The translations under genes were made by a program, and so were the position numbers. DNA of 64,000 nt from Polyangiaceae bacterium (GTDB taxonomy: Bacteria > Myxococcota_A > Polyangia > Polyangiales > Polyangiaceae), in assembly GCA_965222375.1 (NCBI GenBank), contig CBDCTZ010000013.1, positions 608,001 through 672,000 on the forward strand, written 5' to 3'. Position 1 is the stretch's first letter; each line of letters begins with the position of its first letter. Positions 48,080 through 58,444 of this stretch are shown here, one piece after another. The notes beneath the pieces are model-generated. The model had not been told where the DNA came from, did no database searches, and was given only the letters and a program-made list of their open reading frames with translations.

Positions 48080-49639
48080 GTGAAGATCGCCGCGATCGAC
48101 ATCGGATCGAACTCGATCCACATGATTGTCGCTGAAGCGACGGGCACCGGCTCCTTCGAGGTGATCGACCGGGAGAAGGAGATGGTCTTCCTGGGCAAAA
48201 GCGTCTTCGATCACGGGCGATTGACCGATGAGGCCGTGGGCACTGGGCTGGCGGCACTTGGCAAGTTCAACAAGCTGGCACAGCGCCACGGCGTCACTGA
48301 CATCCGTGCCGTCGCCACATCCGCAACTCGAGAGGCAGAAAACGGCGGGGAGTTCCTGTACTCCATCGCCGACACGACAGGCATCGTGCCCCAGGTGATT
48401 TCCGGCACCGAAGAGGCTCGCTACATTTACCTCTCTGCGCGCAACGCCGTCGATCTGATGCAGCGCCGCGCCCTGGTCATCGACATCGGCGGTGGAAGCG
48501 TCGAGGCCGTGGTGGGTGACGCGCGGGAAATGCTTCTCGGCTTCAGTCTCAAGCTCGGCGTCCAGAGGTTGCGCTCCAAGTTCGGCAAGGGCGCACCCCT
48601 GACCAAGAAGCAGCGCAAGGAGCTAGAGGAGCACGTTCGAAAGCATGCCGGGCCAGCTCTGCGCCAGGCGCGTGACCAAAACCTGGACTTGGTGGTCGGC
48701 ACTTCGGGCACCATTCTGGCTTTGGGGCAGGCCGCTCACTTGGCTTCGGGCGCCGAGGCCTGGACCAGCAGCTCCAACCAAGTGGTCAAGCTCGCCGACC
48801 TAGCGGACCTGGCCACCGAACTCGCCGGCGCCACTGCGGAGGAGCGCGCCGAAATGCCGGGGGTGGATCACGCTCGCGCGGACTCCATTCATGTGGGGGC
48901 CATCCTCTTGGTCACGCTTTTGGAGCTGGCCAAAGCCGACCGCATCACCCTTTGCGACGCTGCGCTACGAGAAGGACTAATACTCGACTACTTGGAGCAG
49001 AAAGCGGATCTCATTCAGTCCTACGATGTTGTCTCGGATATTCGACGCCACAGCGTGCTGGGCCTCGCGGAGCGCTGCGGCCAGCGCGGGCCACACCCCG
49101 CGAGAGTTGCGAAGCTGTCACTTCAACTCTTCGATGCTTTACGGCCCATGCACGGGTTGGATGAAGAAGACCGCCGATTGCTCGAGTTCGGAGCCATACT
49201 GCACGATGTTGGCCAACATATCGGCTACGAGCGACACGAGCATCACGCGGCCTACATCATCCGCCATGGTGATTTGCGCGGCTTCTCGGATCTGGAGCGG
49301 GAGCAACTTGCCCTACTGGCCCGCTATCACCGCAAAGCCCGGCCGCGTAGAAAGGACGCCGACTACGCGGCGCTGCCCGCAAAGCGTCGCCGCGCGGTGA
49401 GCATCATGGCAGGAATCCTGCGAGTCGCGGACGGCTTGGATAGGAGCCATCACCAGCTCGTCGAAAGCCTACGAGTAGAAACGAGTCCGGAACGCGTCCG
49501 CATCGTCGTTCAAGCCTCCGGAGACGCCGAGCTGGAGATTTGGGGCGCGCGCCGTAAGCTGAATTTGCTATCTCGCGTTCTGAAGCTGCCCGTGGTGCTG
49601 GATATCGAAGCCAGATTGGGCGTGCAACAAACCGCCTGA
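48080..49639 (+). CDS. ppx: Ppx/GppA family exopolyphosphatase with C-terminal HD domain
   Basis: AAIDIGSNS, ATSATREAENG, ISGTEEA, IDIGGGSVE, LREG, LHDVG, LRVADGLD. Confidence 0.9.
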   Translation: MKIAAIDIGSNSIHMIVAEATGTGSFEVIDREKEMVFLGKSVFDHGRLTDEAVGTGLAALGKFNKLAQRHGVTDIRAVATSATREAENGGEFLYSIADTTGIVPQVISGTEEARYIYLSARNAVDLMQRRALVIDIGGGSVEAVVGDAREMLLGFSLKLGVQRLRSKFGKGAPLTKKQRKELEEHVRKHAGPALRQARDQNLDLVVGTSGTILALGQAAHLASGAEAWTSSSNQVVKLADLADLATELAGATAEERAEMPGVDHARADSIHVGAILLVTLLELAKADRITLCDAALREGLILDYLEQKADLIQSYDVVSDIRRHSVLGLAERCGQRGPHPARVAKLSLQLFDALRPMHGLDEEDRRLLEFGAILHDVGQHIGYERHEHHAAYIIRHGDLRGFSDLEREQLALLARYHRKARPRRKDADYAALPAKRRRAVSIMAGILRVADGLDRSHHQLVESLRVETSPERVRIVVQASGDAELEIWGARRKLNLLSRVLKLPVVLDIEARLGVQQTA

Positions 49640-49649
49640 AGCGGGGTTT

Positions 49650-50090
49650 ATGCTGGTTCACACGTCGGAAATTGAGTTGTCGACTACGGGCGAGTCGGAG
49701 GTCGTGGACATCACAGCGCGAGTTCGAGCTGTCGTCCGCGGCAGCAATATCCTGGACGGTATTGGATGCGTCTTCGTGCCTGGGGCCACAGGCGGCTTGA
49801 CGACGATGGAGTTCGAACCTGGCTGCATACTCGACTTCCAAGCCCTGCTTGAACGCCTCGCGCCCGCGGGCGCCGACTATGAGCATGAGAAACGTTGGGG
49901 CGACGGCAACGGCCACAGCCATCTGCGAGCAGCACTCATCGGACCAAGCCTCAGCTTCCCCATCAACTCCGGGGAGCCGACCCTCGGCGCGTGGCAAAGC
50001 ATGGTCTTCGTTGACTTCGACAATCGCGCACGCGACCGACGTCTGATCGTCAAGATAGTCGGCGCTGCGGACGTCAGCTCGCCCACTTGA
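49650..50090 (+). CDS. yjbQ: YjbQ/UPF0047 family protein
   Basis: VDIT, YEH, NGHSHLRAALIG, LGAWQ, DFD..R.R. Confidence 0.88.
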   Translation: MLVHTSEIELSTTGESEVVDITARVRAVVRGSNILDGIGCVFVPGATGGLTTMEFEPGCILDFQALLERLAPAGADYEHEKRWGDGNGHSHLRAALIGPSLSFPINSGEPTLGAWQSMVFVDFDNRARDRRLIVKIVGAADVSSPT

Positions 50091-50263
50091 TCCGAACGCT
50101 AACAACCGTCATACCCACGGCGGCAGCGGATTCACGCAGTCACTGCGTGAGAACTGCCTAGTTGGCTCGTGTGGCTGCTGTGGTTGCGCAAAAGCGGGTC
50201 GCAGCTCGAAGACGGGAGCGAGTTCACCCCGTGAGGTGTTGACCTCCACAGGGCGCGTCAATC

Positions 50264-50299
50264 CCGCGAGCACGGCGGCCCACGGCGCCGTGCTCGCGG
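50264..50299. repeat. Perfect 14-bp GC-rich inverted repeat between convergent genes
   Basis: CCGCGAGCACGGCG (50264-50277) pairs with CGCCGTGCTCGCGG (50286-50299); no U-tract. Confidence 0.8.
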
Positions 50300-50300
50300 C

Positions 50301-52196
50301 TCATTCGGCTGTCCCGTTACGCAAGAATACGGCTTCGCCCACGTCGATTCGCGTCGTTGCTTCCACAGCTAGCTGCACGCGAACCATCTCCGCATTCGCG
50401 AGCGTAAATGTCAGAGGTCTCCCAAGCGGCCCGGATGCAAGATGCCCGCCCTCCGTCCCGGCAGAAAGCTTCCGTACAATCACGGTCCCGTTGCCTCCAC
50501 TAGCGAATTGACGCAGCTGCCATTCGCCCGCGGACAGACGCAACGGGGGCGAATCCACGCGGAGCGGGCGGCCCACGCGCGTCTTGAACTCACCATCCAC
50601 GAAATGTGCGATAGCGTGGGGGTTCGTGGCGAAGAAATACGCAGGAATGCGGACTTGGTCAGCGGTGTACTCGATTCCGATCTGCCCATTGGTGCGGATC
50701 CACAGCTCGCTTACCAGTGGTCGCTCTCTCTCCCGCACCGCAAACCGCAGCGGAACGTAGTTCTGCTGAAACTCCGACTGGCGCACCATGTCATGCTGTG
50801 CGCGGAACTTCGGCGGATGAAAACATGGCGGAACGCCAAAACAAAAGATGTCAGGCGCGCGCTCCAAATAGTAGCGAGCATCACCGAGCTCGTGACCCAG
50901 CGTGCCAGAACCCATACTCCTTGGTCGGTTGTGAGCCAGATATCGATCGGTCAGACCCAACATGTCGAGAGCCGGGAGCCGCGAGTAGAAGGGAATGGTG
51001 CCGGCCGCATCCGCCGCGACAAGAGGCTGCTGCTCACTGAACGCAGCTTTCAGCAATTTGCCGATGGGACGCCCATCCCATTGCCACTTTTCCTTCTTCG
51101 CCCAGTTGCGGGGGTCCAATCGCGTGCCAACCAAAACCAGCACCACGAGAGCGACTCCCAACTGCAAAGAAGGTGCGCCACCGATCCCTCGGCAAACGAG
51201 GGTCGCGGCGAGCGCGCCCAGTGCCACAACAGGCAGGAGTTGGCGCCATGCCGGGAAAATGTCGCCCCCCACAAATACCATGTACAGCGTCCAGACCAGC
51301 GCGGGAGCGACCACAACCGAAATCCAGACCCGCGGCACGGCGCGACGCCAGCAGGCCACCACCAACAGCACCAATGAAAGCCATGTTGCGGCAAGCACAT
51401 CCAGACTCGTTCGAACGTACTCGAATCCCTGTTCAACGCGCTTCCAGCTCAACGCGACCTTCGCGTACGCCGTGTTGGGAAGGTAGTCGTCGTAATACGC
51501 CAGTCGAAACACAAGCTGGGCAACCACGAATAACCCCGTCGCGAGTAGCACCCGCGCTGCCACGTTCCGGCGAGCGCGCCAGTTTCCCAGTACCAAGGCT
51601 GGCGCGGCCACCACCGGCCAGAGGGCAGCGTCTGGCCGGGTCCAGCAAAGCAAACCGAAGCATAGGGCTGCGGCAAGAAGCCACCGGCGCGACCCGGAAA
51701 CGCACGCCTTCACAACAGCGACGCTCCCCCAGACAAGCAACCCACAAAGGACGGCGTTTTCAAGTCCACCCATCGCCCAAACACCAATCGAATCGCTTGC
51801 GGCCAGGAATCCAATTCCAACGGCGGGGGCAAGGAATTCGCGCAGGGAGCGTGGACTGCAAACTACAACCAACGCGGCGAATAGCGCCATGGTTGCAAGT
51901 AGCCCGAGCACGCGAGCCGTCATGACCAAGTCGCCGCCGAACAGAGCGGGAATCGCGCAGAGCAGTACCCACAACAGATTCGAGTAGCCCTCCACGCGGT
52001 CGTAGTTCGTCCAGGTGAGGCCCTCTCCCTCGACTAGCCGCTGCGAGTAGCGAAAAGATATGAACGCGTCATCGGTTACGAAGTAGTCGTAGAAGGACGC
52101 GTGCCAGACAACGAGAACTCCACCCAGCAGCACCAAGGCCGACGCAACTGAAATCGATTGACGGTTGCTCAATGTGGCCGGTCCTGGGCTTCCCAC
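50301..52196 (-). CDS. GT-C-fold-like integral membrane glycosyltransferase
   Basis: TDDAFISFRYS...VEGYSNLLW in the first loop, GLE, TRPD, YYDDYLPNTAYAK, GGD..P..R, DMLGLTD; many TM segments. Confidence 0.75.
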   Translation of the reverse strand: MGSPGPATLSNRQSISVASALVLLGGVLVVWHASFYDYFVTDDAFISFRYSQRLVEGEGLTWTNYDRVEGYSNLLWVLLCAIPALFGGDLVMTARVLGLLATMALFAALVVVCSPRSLREFLAPAVGIGFLAASDSIGVWAMGGLENAVLCGLLVWGSVAVVKACVSGSRRWLLAAALCFGLLCWTRPDAALWPVVAAPALVLGNWRARRNVAARVLLATGLFVVAQLVFRLAYYDDYLPNTAYAKVALSWKRVEQGFEYVRTSLDVLAATWLSLVLLVVACWRRAVPRVWISVVVAPALVWTLYMVFVGGDIFPAWRQLLPVVALGALAATLVCRGIGGAPSLQLGVALVVLVLVGTRLDPRNWAKKEKWQWDGRPIGKLLKAAFSEQQPLVAADAAGTIPFYSRLPALDMLGLTDRYLAHNRPRSMGSGTLGHELGDARYYLERAPDIFCFGVPPCFHPPKFRAQHDMVRQSEFQQNYVPLRFAVRERERPLVSELWIRTNGQIGIEYTADQVRIPAYFFATNPHAIAHFVDGEFKTRVGRPLRVDSPPLRLSAGEWQLRQFASGGNGTVIVRKLSAGTEGGHLASGPLGRPLTFTLANAEMVRVQLAVEATTRIDVGEAVFLRNGTAE

Positions 52197-52264
52197 GTCG
52201 CTAGCCTAGACCTGATGGCGTATCCCACCAACAGAACAAGCATTTCTGCCAAACGCCAAGTGAC

Positions 52265-54205
52265 CTACGGGCCGAGCATGCGCAGTGCGACGTCGTTTCT
52301 TCCTCGGTCCGCGCCACGCCGAAGCAACATAAAAGGTCCGCGGATTGCCTCAACCCCGAACGCCCCAGACTTGAGGACGTGGGTAATGTGACCTACCTCC
52401 CAGGGTGCTGGGCTCTGCCGGGCCAGCACATACTGCGCCTTGTCCGGGACCCCGACGAGCTTGATGCTGAACAGATCAAGCCGAGTGGATAGGTGCGTGC
52501 CCTCCGTTTCGGTGGCTGCGACCGCCGCTCCTGGCGGAATCATGGCTCGCAGCTCCTTCATGCCCTCCAGCCGAGAGCGTTCGCCGTCCGAAAGCGGCCG
52601 AAGCGGTTTGTTGTGAAACCCTCCAAGGATTTCCCGATTGCCGAGCAAGGCACCAAACTGAAAACTCGCGACAATACTGCAAAGAAGCAGCGAAACGATG
52701 GCCGAAAAGCGTCGATGACGTGGGCGCAGCGACTCTAGCCCGTAGATCGTGGCGGCAGTCACGTAGGCAAGGAAGAAGTAGTTGTACTGGAACCCAGTGG
52801 AAAAGTACGGGGGACGGTCTGTCGCTAAGAACGTGAAAGCGAGGCCTGGCAAGACAGCGCTCAGCAACCAGGGGCGACGCCACCACAAGAATGCGAAGGG
52901 CACGCTGAAGTGCAACAGGTAGGTGAACTTAGGCGGAGTGAGAGTGTGATTCGCAACAAAAGCCGGATTGCTGAAGAGCGTAAGTACGACGCCTCGAAAG
53001 CTCGAGCGCCCCTCCGGAACGAGCGTTGCGTAGCTGTGCACCAGCTCGAACTCACCGAAACGCGGCATCACGAAGAACTTCATGGTGAGGAAGTATGTTG
53101 CGCCCAGGCAAAAGACGGTGAGCCCAACCCAAGCGTTCCTCCGCGCGAATGCCAACACGAGCCCAACATAGGCAACTCCGACTCCGAACTCCTCTCGCAC
53201 GAGGAGCAGAAGGAGCACTAGTGCCAGCAGCCCCGCGAGGGCAGTAGCGCGCACGCTCTGTGAGTTTCTGGCGACACGGTCCGCGGCATAGATCAGCCAA
53301 GCACTCAGGTTCAGGCCGAGGGCAGTGAAGTGGAAGTCGTAGAAGTTGGGTCGGGCGAGCGCGGGCACCATGAGGAAGCAGAGCGAAATCAAGAGACCCT
53401 GGCTCGGACCGAGCCGGCGACGGCCCAAAAGAAATACGGGGACCGCAGTGGTTCCAACCAATGTCGCCTGAATCACAAGCAGCGCCTCCGGGCCAGGCGC
53501 AATGGCGTAGAACGGCAGGAGCAGGTACAGCCCCAGGTGCGCGTGATGTGCGAACGTCGCGAAATCCGTTTCGCGGCCAGTCATTGCGGGCGAACGAAAC
53601 GGGTGTCCGTTCAGTGCATTGTAGAAGAGGTTGTCGAACTCAGCGAGGTCAGACACTCGAGTCTCGAATCGCTGATGGCTCGCGATCGACCAGTACGACA
53701 CACCGACGACGTAGTACGCAACGGCGAGGAAGAGGACGGCCCATGGGAGCCAACTCAGCCGCGGCTTGGGTAGACTAAACCAACGTATGATCCGCGAATC
53801 CCCGCCGACTTGGGCGGTCGACGACCGGAGCAGGCGCTCAAGAACAACCCAAACAATTGTAAGGTACACAAGCAGGGTGAGCTCGGACCAACCGGTCCGC
53901 CGCGTGAACAGGGGGGGTAGAGCGCCCAGGACGAGAAGCGGTGAGAGGAAACAGAGGCGTCGCGACCAAGCGGGCGCGCGATGACGGCGCGACGCGACGA
54001 GAACCGCCACTGCGGCTGCCGCAGACATCCCGACGATCACCAAGACGCTGATCGTGCGCGCTTGAATAGCAAGGCGATTCGCGCCAAAAAACTGGCTGGG
54101 GCCAGGGACGAACGCACCGAACGCGCAAATGCCAAGCGACAGCGCAATCCCACCCGCAAGTAGGGCGTTGCTCAGAGGATTCCCGCGATGTTGCGGCGAC
54201 GTCAC
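52265..54205 (-). CDS. DUF2079-like polytopic membrane protein (GT-C-like)
   Basis: DLAEFDN, HHAH, LLVIQA, YDFH, VREE, FQY motifs; many TM segments. Start uncertain. Confidence 0.7.
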   Translation of the reverse strand: MTSPQHRGNPLSNALLAGGIALSLGICAFGAFVPGPSQFFGANRLAIQARTISVLVIVGMSAAAAVAVLVASRRHRAPAWSRRLCFLSPLLVLGALPPLFTRRTGWSELTLLVYLTIVWVVLERLLRSSTAQVGGDSRIIRWFSLPKPRLSWLPWAVLFLAVAYYVVGVSYWSIASHQRFETRVSDLAEFDNLFYNALNGHPFRSPAMTGRETDFATFAHHAHLGLYLLLPFYAIAPGPEALLVIQATLVGTTAVPVFLLGRRRLGPSQGLLISLCFLMVPALARPNFYDFHFTALGLNLSAWLIYAADRVARNSQSVRATALAGLLALVLLLLLVREEFGVGVAYVGLVLAFARRNAWVGLTVFCLGATYFLTMKFFVMPRFGEFELVHSYATLVPEGRSSFRGVVLTLFSNPAFVANHTLTPPKFTYLLHFSVPFAFLWWRRPWLLSAVLPGLAFTFLATDRPPYFSTGFQYNYFFLAYVTAATIYGLESLRPRHRRFSAIVSLLLCSIVASFQFGALLGNREILGGFHNKPLRPLSDGERSRLEGMKELRAMIPPGAAVAATETEGTHLSTRLDLFSIKLVGVPDKAQYVLARQSPAPWEVGHITHVLKSGAFGVEAIRGPFMLLRRGADRGRNDVALRMLGP

Positions 54206-54366
54206 GGCAATGGGGCTAGCAGTAGTTCGGCACTGAACGCAAGTGAGGATGGCTGAGCGGCTAGCCCACGGGATCCTTCGAACCGGGTGCCTTCCAACCA
54301 CACGCTCGCGCTTCTCCGGCCCTGACCCTTGGACCGACGGGAGCGTGCCGTGCTACCCCATTCCCG

Positions 54367-55347
54367 ATGATAGCTGTCGTCATCAAAGAGCCCGGTGGCC
54401 CCGAGGTGCTGGAGGTCCAGGAGGTCGCGGACCCGTCTCCGAGTGCGGGAGAGGTTCTGTTGGATGTTCACGCGACTGCCCTCAACCGCGCAGACCTACT
54501 GCAGCGGCGCGGGTTCTATCCGCCGCCGAAAGGCGCATCCGAAATCCTGGGGCTGGAATGTGCTGGAACCGTCGCCGGCCACGGCGAGGGTGTGGCGGAA
54601 CCTCCTGTCGGCAGCCGCGTGATGGCTCTGCTCGCGGGGGGCGGCTACGCAGAGCGGGTGGTGGTACCTCGGGAACACTTGATGGCTATACCCGACGGTT
54701 TGAGTTTCGAGGATGCCGCAGCCGTTCCAGAAGCGTTCCTGACCGCCCAAGAAGCGCTGTGTTCTCTAGGAAAGACTGAGGCAGGCGAAACGGTGCTGAT
54801 TCACGCTGCCGCCGGTGGTGTTGGAAGCGCGGCAGTTCAGGTCGCCAAGCTATTGGGGGCACATGTCATTGCCACTGCCGGTTCCGATGACAAGCTGAAG
54901 CATGTCGATGCGCTCGGAGCAGACGTGTGCGTCAACTACCGAGAGCAAGACTTCGCGGCGGTGGTCCGGGAGGTGACGCACAAGCGTGGTGCGGATGTCA
55001 TCGTGGACTTCATCGCCGGGAGCCACGCTGAAAAGCACCTGGCCTGCCTGGCTCCTGGGGGCCGCTGGGTCGTAGTCGGCCTGCTCGGCGGCACGAGCGC
55101 GTCCGTGGACTTCGCAAGAGTGCTCATGCGACGCCTGCAGATTCTGGGCTTGGTGATGCGTTCGCGATCTCGAGAAGACAAAGCCGCCATTACACGGCGC
55201 TTCTGCCGCGAATTTTTGGGACACTTTCGCAGCGGCCGATTGAAACCTGTCGTCGACAGGTGCTTTGAGCTGCACGACGTGAAGAGCGCCCACGAGTTCA
55301 TGGAAGAAAACGCCAACGTCGGCAAACTCGTGCTGACTCTCCGCTAG
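54367..55347 (+). CDS. NAD(P)H-quinone oxidoreductase (PIG3/zeta-crystallin family)
   Basis: GGPEVL, LNRADLLQRRG.YPPP, LGLE, IHAAAGGVG, GKLVL. Confidence 0.93.
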   Translation: MIAVVIKEPGGPEVLEVQEVADPSPSAGEVLLDVHATALNRADLLQRRGFYPPPKGASEILGLECAGTVAGHGEGVAEPPVGSRVMALLAGGGYAERVVVPREHLMAIPDGLSFEDAAAVPEAFLTAQEALCSLGKTEAGETVLIHAAAGGVGSAAVQVAKLLGAHVIATAGSDDKLKHVDALGADVCVNYREQDFAAVVREVTHKRGADVIVDFIAGSHAEKHLACLAPGGRWVVVGLLGGTSASVDFARVLMRRLQILGLVMRSRSREDKAAITRRFCREFLGHFRSGRLKPVVDRCFELHDVKSAHEFMEENANVGKLVLTLR

Positions 55348-55360
55348 AACGGCTACGCAC

Positions 55361-55639
55361 GTGTCTGGGCCCACCGAATCGGCGGCCGTGCCCCCGGAAA
55401 AAGCAGCAGGGCGGAGGGCCCGAATCAGTGCCGTCACCGTCGCCGTGGTGTTGCTCGGGGCGGCGGGAGTGGCGCTATTGCTGGGCATTCGCGACTACCC
55501 CCACTTCTTCGTCGACGATGCCTTCATCAGCTTGCGCTACGCGGACCGGCTGCTCGAGGGCAAAGGGTTGACCTACACAGACGGGGAGCGGGGAGACAAA
55601 GGACGCATTCGGCGCATACTCGTCGAGCGCCTACGGTAG
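55361..55639 (+). pseudogene. Truncated N-terminal fragment of a GT-C-like glycosyltransferase paralog
   Basis: One TM helix then FFVDDAFISLRYADRLLEGKGLTYTDGER, matching the 50301-52196 N-terminus. Similarity ends just before the expected VEGYSN and the ORF stops at 92 aa. Confidence 0.7.
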
Positions 55640-56158
55640 TCAGCCTTGGTTCAGAGCCCGTTGGAGCAGCTGCACAGCTTGTTCAGGGCTCTTGGCACGA
55701 CCAATGGGCGGGCGGCGGCGCGGATCCAGGGCCTCTCCTGCAAGTCGACCACTCCAACCCTCTACGTCCAGGGCAACGATGGGGCGGTCCAGCTGCCACG
55801 CGAGCGCAAGTTCGCTCAAGGTGCCCGCGCCTCCTGCAACCGCCAGGACGCCATCTGCGCTGTGAGCAACCAATACGTTACGGCCAATGCCCATCGCGCT
55901 GACGATCACGATGTCCACATGCGCGTTCGCACCCGCCGAGGACGACCCCGGAACGATGCCAACCACATCACCGTCCACGTAGGCAGCTGAGCTGCGCGCG
56001 CCGCGACTTGCCGCTTCCATCACTCCGCCGAGTCCACCGGTCAGCACCCGGAAGCCCGCGTCCACCAGGACTCTCCCAACCGCCTCCGCCAATGCCAACA
56101 CGGGCTCAGGCGCCTGACCGCTTCCGATCACGGCGATCAGGCGTCGGCGCTGCTTCAT
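55640..56158 (-). CDS. TIGR00725-like (LOG/SLOG superfamily) protein
   Basis: IAVIGSG, TGGLGGVMEAASRGA, RN, GGAGTLSE. ATGA overlap with the ferredoxin. Confidence 0.85.
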   Translation of the reverse strand: MKQRRRLIAVIGSGQAPEPVLALAEAVGRVLVDAGFRVLTGGLGGVMEAASRGARSSAAYVDGDVVGIVPGSSSAGANAHVDIVIVSAMGIGRNVLVAHSADGVLAVAGGAGTLSELALAWQLDRPIVALDVEGWSGRLAGEALDPRRRPPIGRAKSPEQAVQLLQRALNQG

Positions 56159-56484
56159 GTTCCGACCGGCTTCACGCGCAGGGTTCCGGTACCCGCGCAT
56201 ACGACTGCCTGACATGCAAGGCGTACGTTTGGCGGACTGCCGAGCACACGCAACAAGTCCTGCTCCTCGTCATCGGCTGGCTTCAGTAGCTCGCTACCTT
56301 CGACCACGACAACCTGGCACGTCGCACAGGTCGCGGATCGGCAAGAAAACGGTATGGGCGCCAGGACTTCGTCTGCGACATCCACCAGAGGTGTCTCCGC
56401 ACTGACTTCGACCCGCTTCTCGCTACCGATGGAATTTGCCTCAAAAATGACGCTTGGCACGGGTCGGAGATCGTAGTCGTCCAT
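56155..56484 (-). CDS. 2Fe-2S ferredoxin
   Basis: PFSCRSATCATC...RLACQ. Confidence 0.88.
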   Translation of the reverse strand: MDDYDLRPVPSVIFEANSIGSEKRVEVSAETPLVDVADEVLAPIPFSCRSATCATCQVVVVEGSELLKPADDEEQDLLRVLGSPPNVRLACQAVVCAGTGTLRVKPVGT

Positions 56485-56560
56485 GGGCGTGGAATGAAGG
56501 GGGCAGTGGGCATGCCCTGCTACAGCTGCCATGGGGGCCAAGAAAAGCTATAGCAAGACG

Positions 56561-57526
56561 ATGCGGGCGCTGGTGTTGGACGGAACTCTGAGCATGCGAC
56601 ACGACTTTCCTCAGCCGACTCGCGGGGCCGGCGAGGCCCGAGTTGCCCTGCGCACTGCCGGAGTTTGTGACACTGACTTGCAGCTGACGGCCGGCTACAT
56701 GGGGTTCTCTGGTGTGCCGGGGCACGAGATGGTCGGTACGGTGGTGGAGGCCGACGACCCGTGCTGGGTCGGGAAGCGGGTGGTGGCGAACATCAACGCG
56801 GGCTGCGGCAGTTGCACCGAGTGCGTCGAGCGCGACGGTCATCACTGCGAAACCCGAAGCGTGCTCGGCATCCTGGGACGAAACGGCGCCTTCGCTGAGG
56901 AGTTCACGGTTCCGGAAACCTGCTTGGTAGAAGTCCCGGATGGCGTCGAGGACGACCGAGCAGTGTTCGCCGAGCCCCTTGCCGCCGCGCTGCATGTTCT
57001 GGATGTCGCAGGGGCTCGCTCCGCTGGCCGCGCCGTGGTGGTAGGGGATGGAAAACTGGGGCTGCTCATCGCCGCCGCCCTTGCCACCGTCCTGCAAGAC
57101 GTGCTGGTCGTCGGCCACCACACCGAAAAACTAGCGCTGCTCGCCCAATTCGGAGCACGCGGCGTACTCGAAGATGAGCTCTCATCGGACATGCCCGGCG
57201 CGGAGTTCGTGGTCGAAGCCAGCGGGAGCGTCAGCGGACTTGCTCGAGCCATGGCTCTGTGCCGACCCCGGGGCGTGCTGGTGTTGAAAACCACCGTGGC
57301 CGGTTCGCCAAAACTGGATCTGAGCCCCGTGGTCATAAACGAGCTGTCCGTCGTGGGATCCAGGTGTGGAGACCTCCGCGCTGCGATCGCACATCTGGCC
57401 CAGGGTCGCATCGACCCGCTACCTCTGATTGCGGCACGCTACCCTCTCGAAAGCGCCACCGACGCCTTCGAACACGCCCGTCGCCCCGGTACTCTCAAGG
57501 TCCTCGTCGACGGCGACTCGGTCTAG
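56561..57526 (+). CDS. Zinc-dependent medium-chain alcohol dehydrogenase
   Basis: GVCDTD, GHE, C..C..C.......C structural Zn site, EPLA, GDGKLG. Confidence 0.92.
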   Translation: MRALVLDGTLSMRHDFPQPTRGAGEARVALRTAGVCDTDLQLTAGYMGFSGVPGHEMVGTVVEADDPCWVGKRVVANINAGCGSCTECVERDGHHCETRSVLGILGRNGAFAEEFTVPETCLVEVPDGVEDDRAVFAEPLAAALHVLDVAGARSAGRAVVVGDGKLGLLIAAALATVLQDVLVVGHHTEKLALLAQFGARGVLEDELSSDMPGAEFVVEASGSVSGLARAMALCRPRGVLVLKTTVAGSPKLDLSPVVINELSVVGSRCGDLRAAIAHLAQGRIDPLPLIAARYPLESATDAFEHARRPGTLKVLVDGDSV

Positions 57527-57531
57527 TCTCG

Positions 57532-58305
57532 CTACTTGCGAGACTCGCCCACGCACAACCCCTCGAGCCGCTTGGGGCATGAAATGCGCACGTGGAAGTG
57601 GTCGGAGTGGTCACTGGACCGCTCGGGTTGCTTCAACAGCGCCGCCACCTGAGTGACGTACTTCTTGTAGCGTCGGTGCTTGGCGCCGTACTTCAGCAGC
57701 CGCCTTCGGAGTGGCGCAGAAACGAAGATATGACTCAGGCCAGCGCGTCGGTCCCGAACCCAGGACTGGACCAGCAGCCAGTTGCGTCCATCGTCGAACA
57801 CGTATCCGCTACCATCTCGGGCCTTGCCGTCCCCACCAAAGGAAACGAAGCGGTTCAGGACAGCCCGCTTGCCTTTCTTGTTCAACGCATAGAAGCCAAT
57901 ATCGGCATCACGCCCGCTTTGATGAGAGCGGTGCCCGGGAAGCGGTCCCCCACCCTTCTTGGAAATGTCTCCGACGAGCATCACAGATCCTGGCGCACTG
58001 CGGGCGACTTCCTTGGCGCTGCGATACAGCATGAGCACGAGCGCCGGGTGCCCATAGACGTTCGCGGCGCTTCCCTTCTTGACACGCAGATAGGGCCGCC
58101 TCCGAACTTTCTTGCCGCGCACCTGATAGCCCGAGTTGGGCGCGCCCACGGTCAGCGACATCAACGAGTAGGGCGACCGACGGAACTTCTTGGGTAGCTC
58201 TTTGCCGGGTGCTGCCCGCACATCGGGCGCGGTCACCCCCAGCACGGCAAGGGCGGCGAAGGCGAGGGCCCAAGTTCCCAGGAATCTTGAAATCGAGGCG
58301 AGCAT
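57532..58305 (-). CDS. Penicillin-insensitive murein endopeptidase (MepA-like, LAS family)
   Basis: Signal peptide, VGDIS..GGG, HRSHQSGRDADI, HSDHFHVRISCP. Confidence 0.85.
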   Translation of the reverse strand: MLASISRFLGTWALAFAALAVLGVTAPDVRAAPGKELPKKFRRSPYSLMSLTVGAPNSGYQVRGKKVRRRPYLRVKKGSAANVYGHPALVLMLYRSAKEVARSAPGSVMLVGDISKKGGGPLPGHRSHQSGRDADIGFYALNKKGKRAVLNRFVSFGGDGKARDGSGYVFDDGRNWLLVQSWVRDRRAGLSHIFVSAPLRRRLLKYGAKHRRYKKYVTQVAALLKQPERSSDHSDHFHVRISCPKRLEGLCVGESRK

Positions 58306-58444
58306 TTTCGGGGAAAGCTGTCCGTCAACGAATGGACTTAGCAGGCGGGTCGGGAGTGCTTCAACCCAAGCTCGCCCCAAGATAGGCTTTTCTCCAGTTT
58401 TTCCAGATGGTTGAAAGCGGCTCCTTGCTCCAGGCGGCGACAGC

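Noticed and set aside
55640..56158. SLOG-family gene as part of an anti-phage or nucleotide-signalling system
   Set aside because: It is a stand-alone TIGR00725-type gene coupled to a ferredoxin, with no effector or defence genes nearby.
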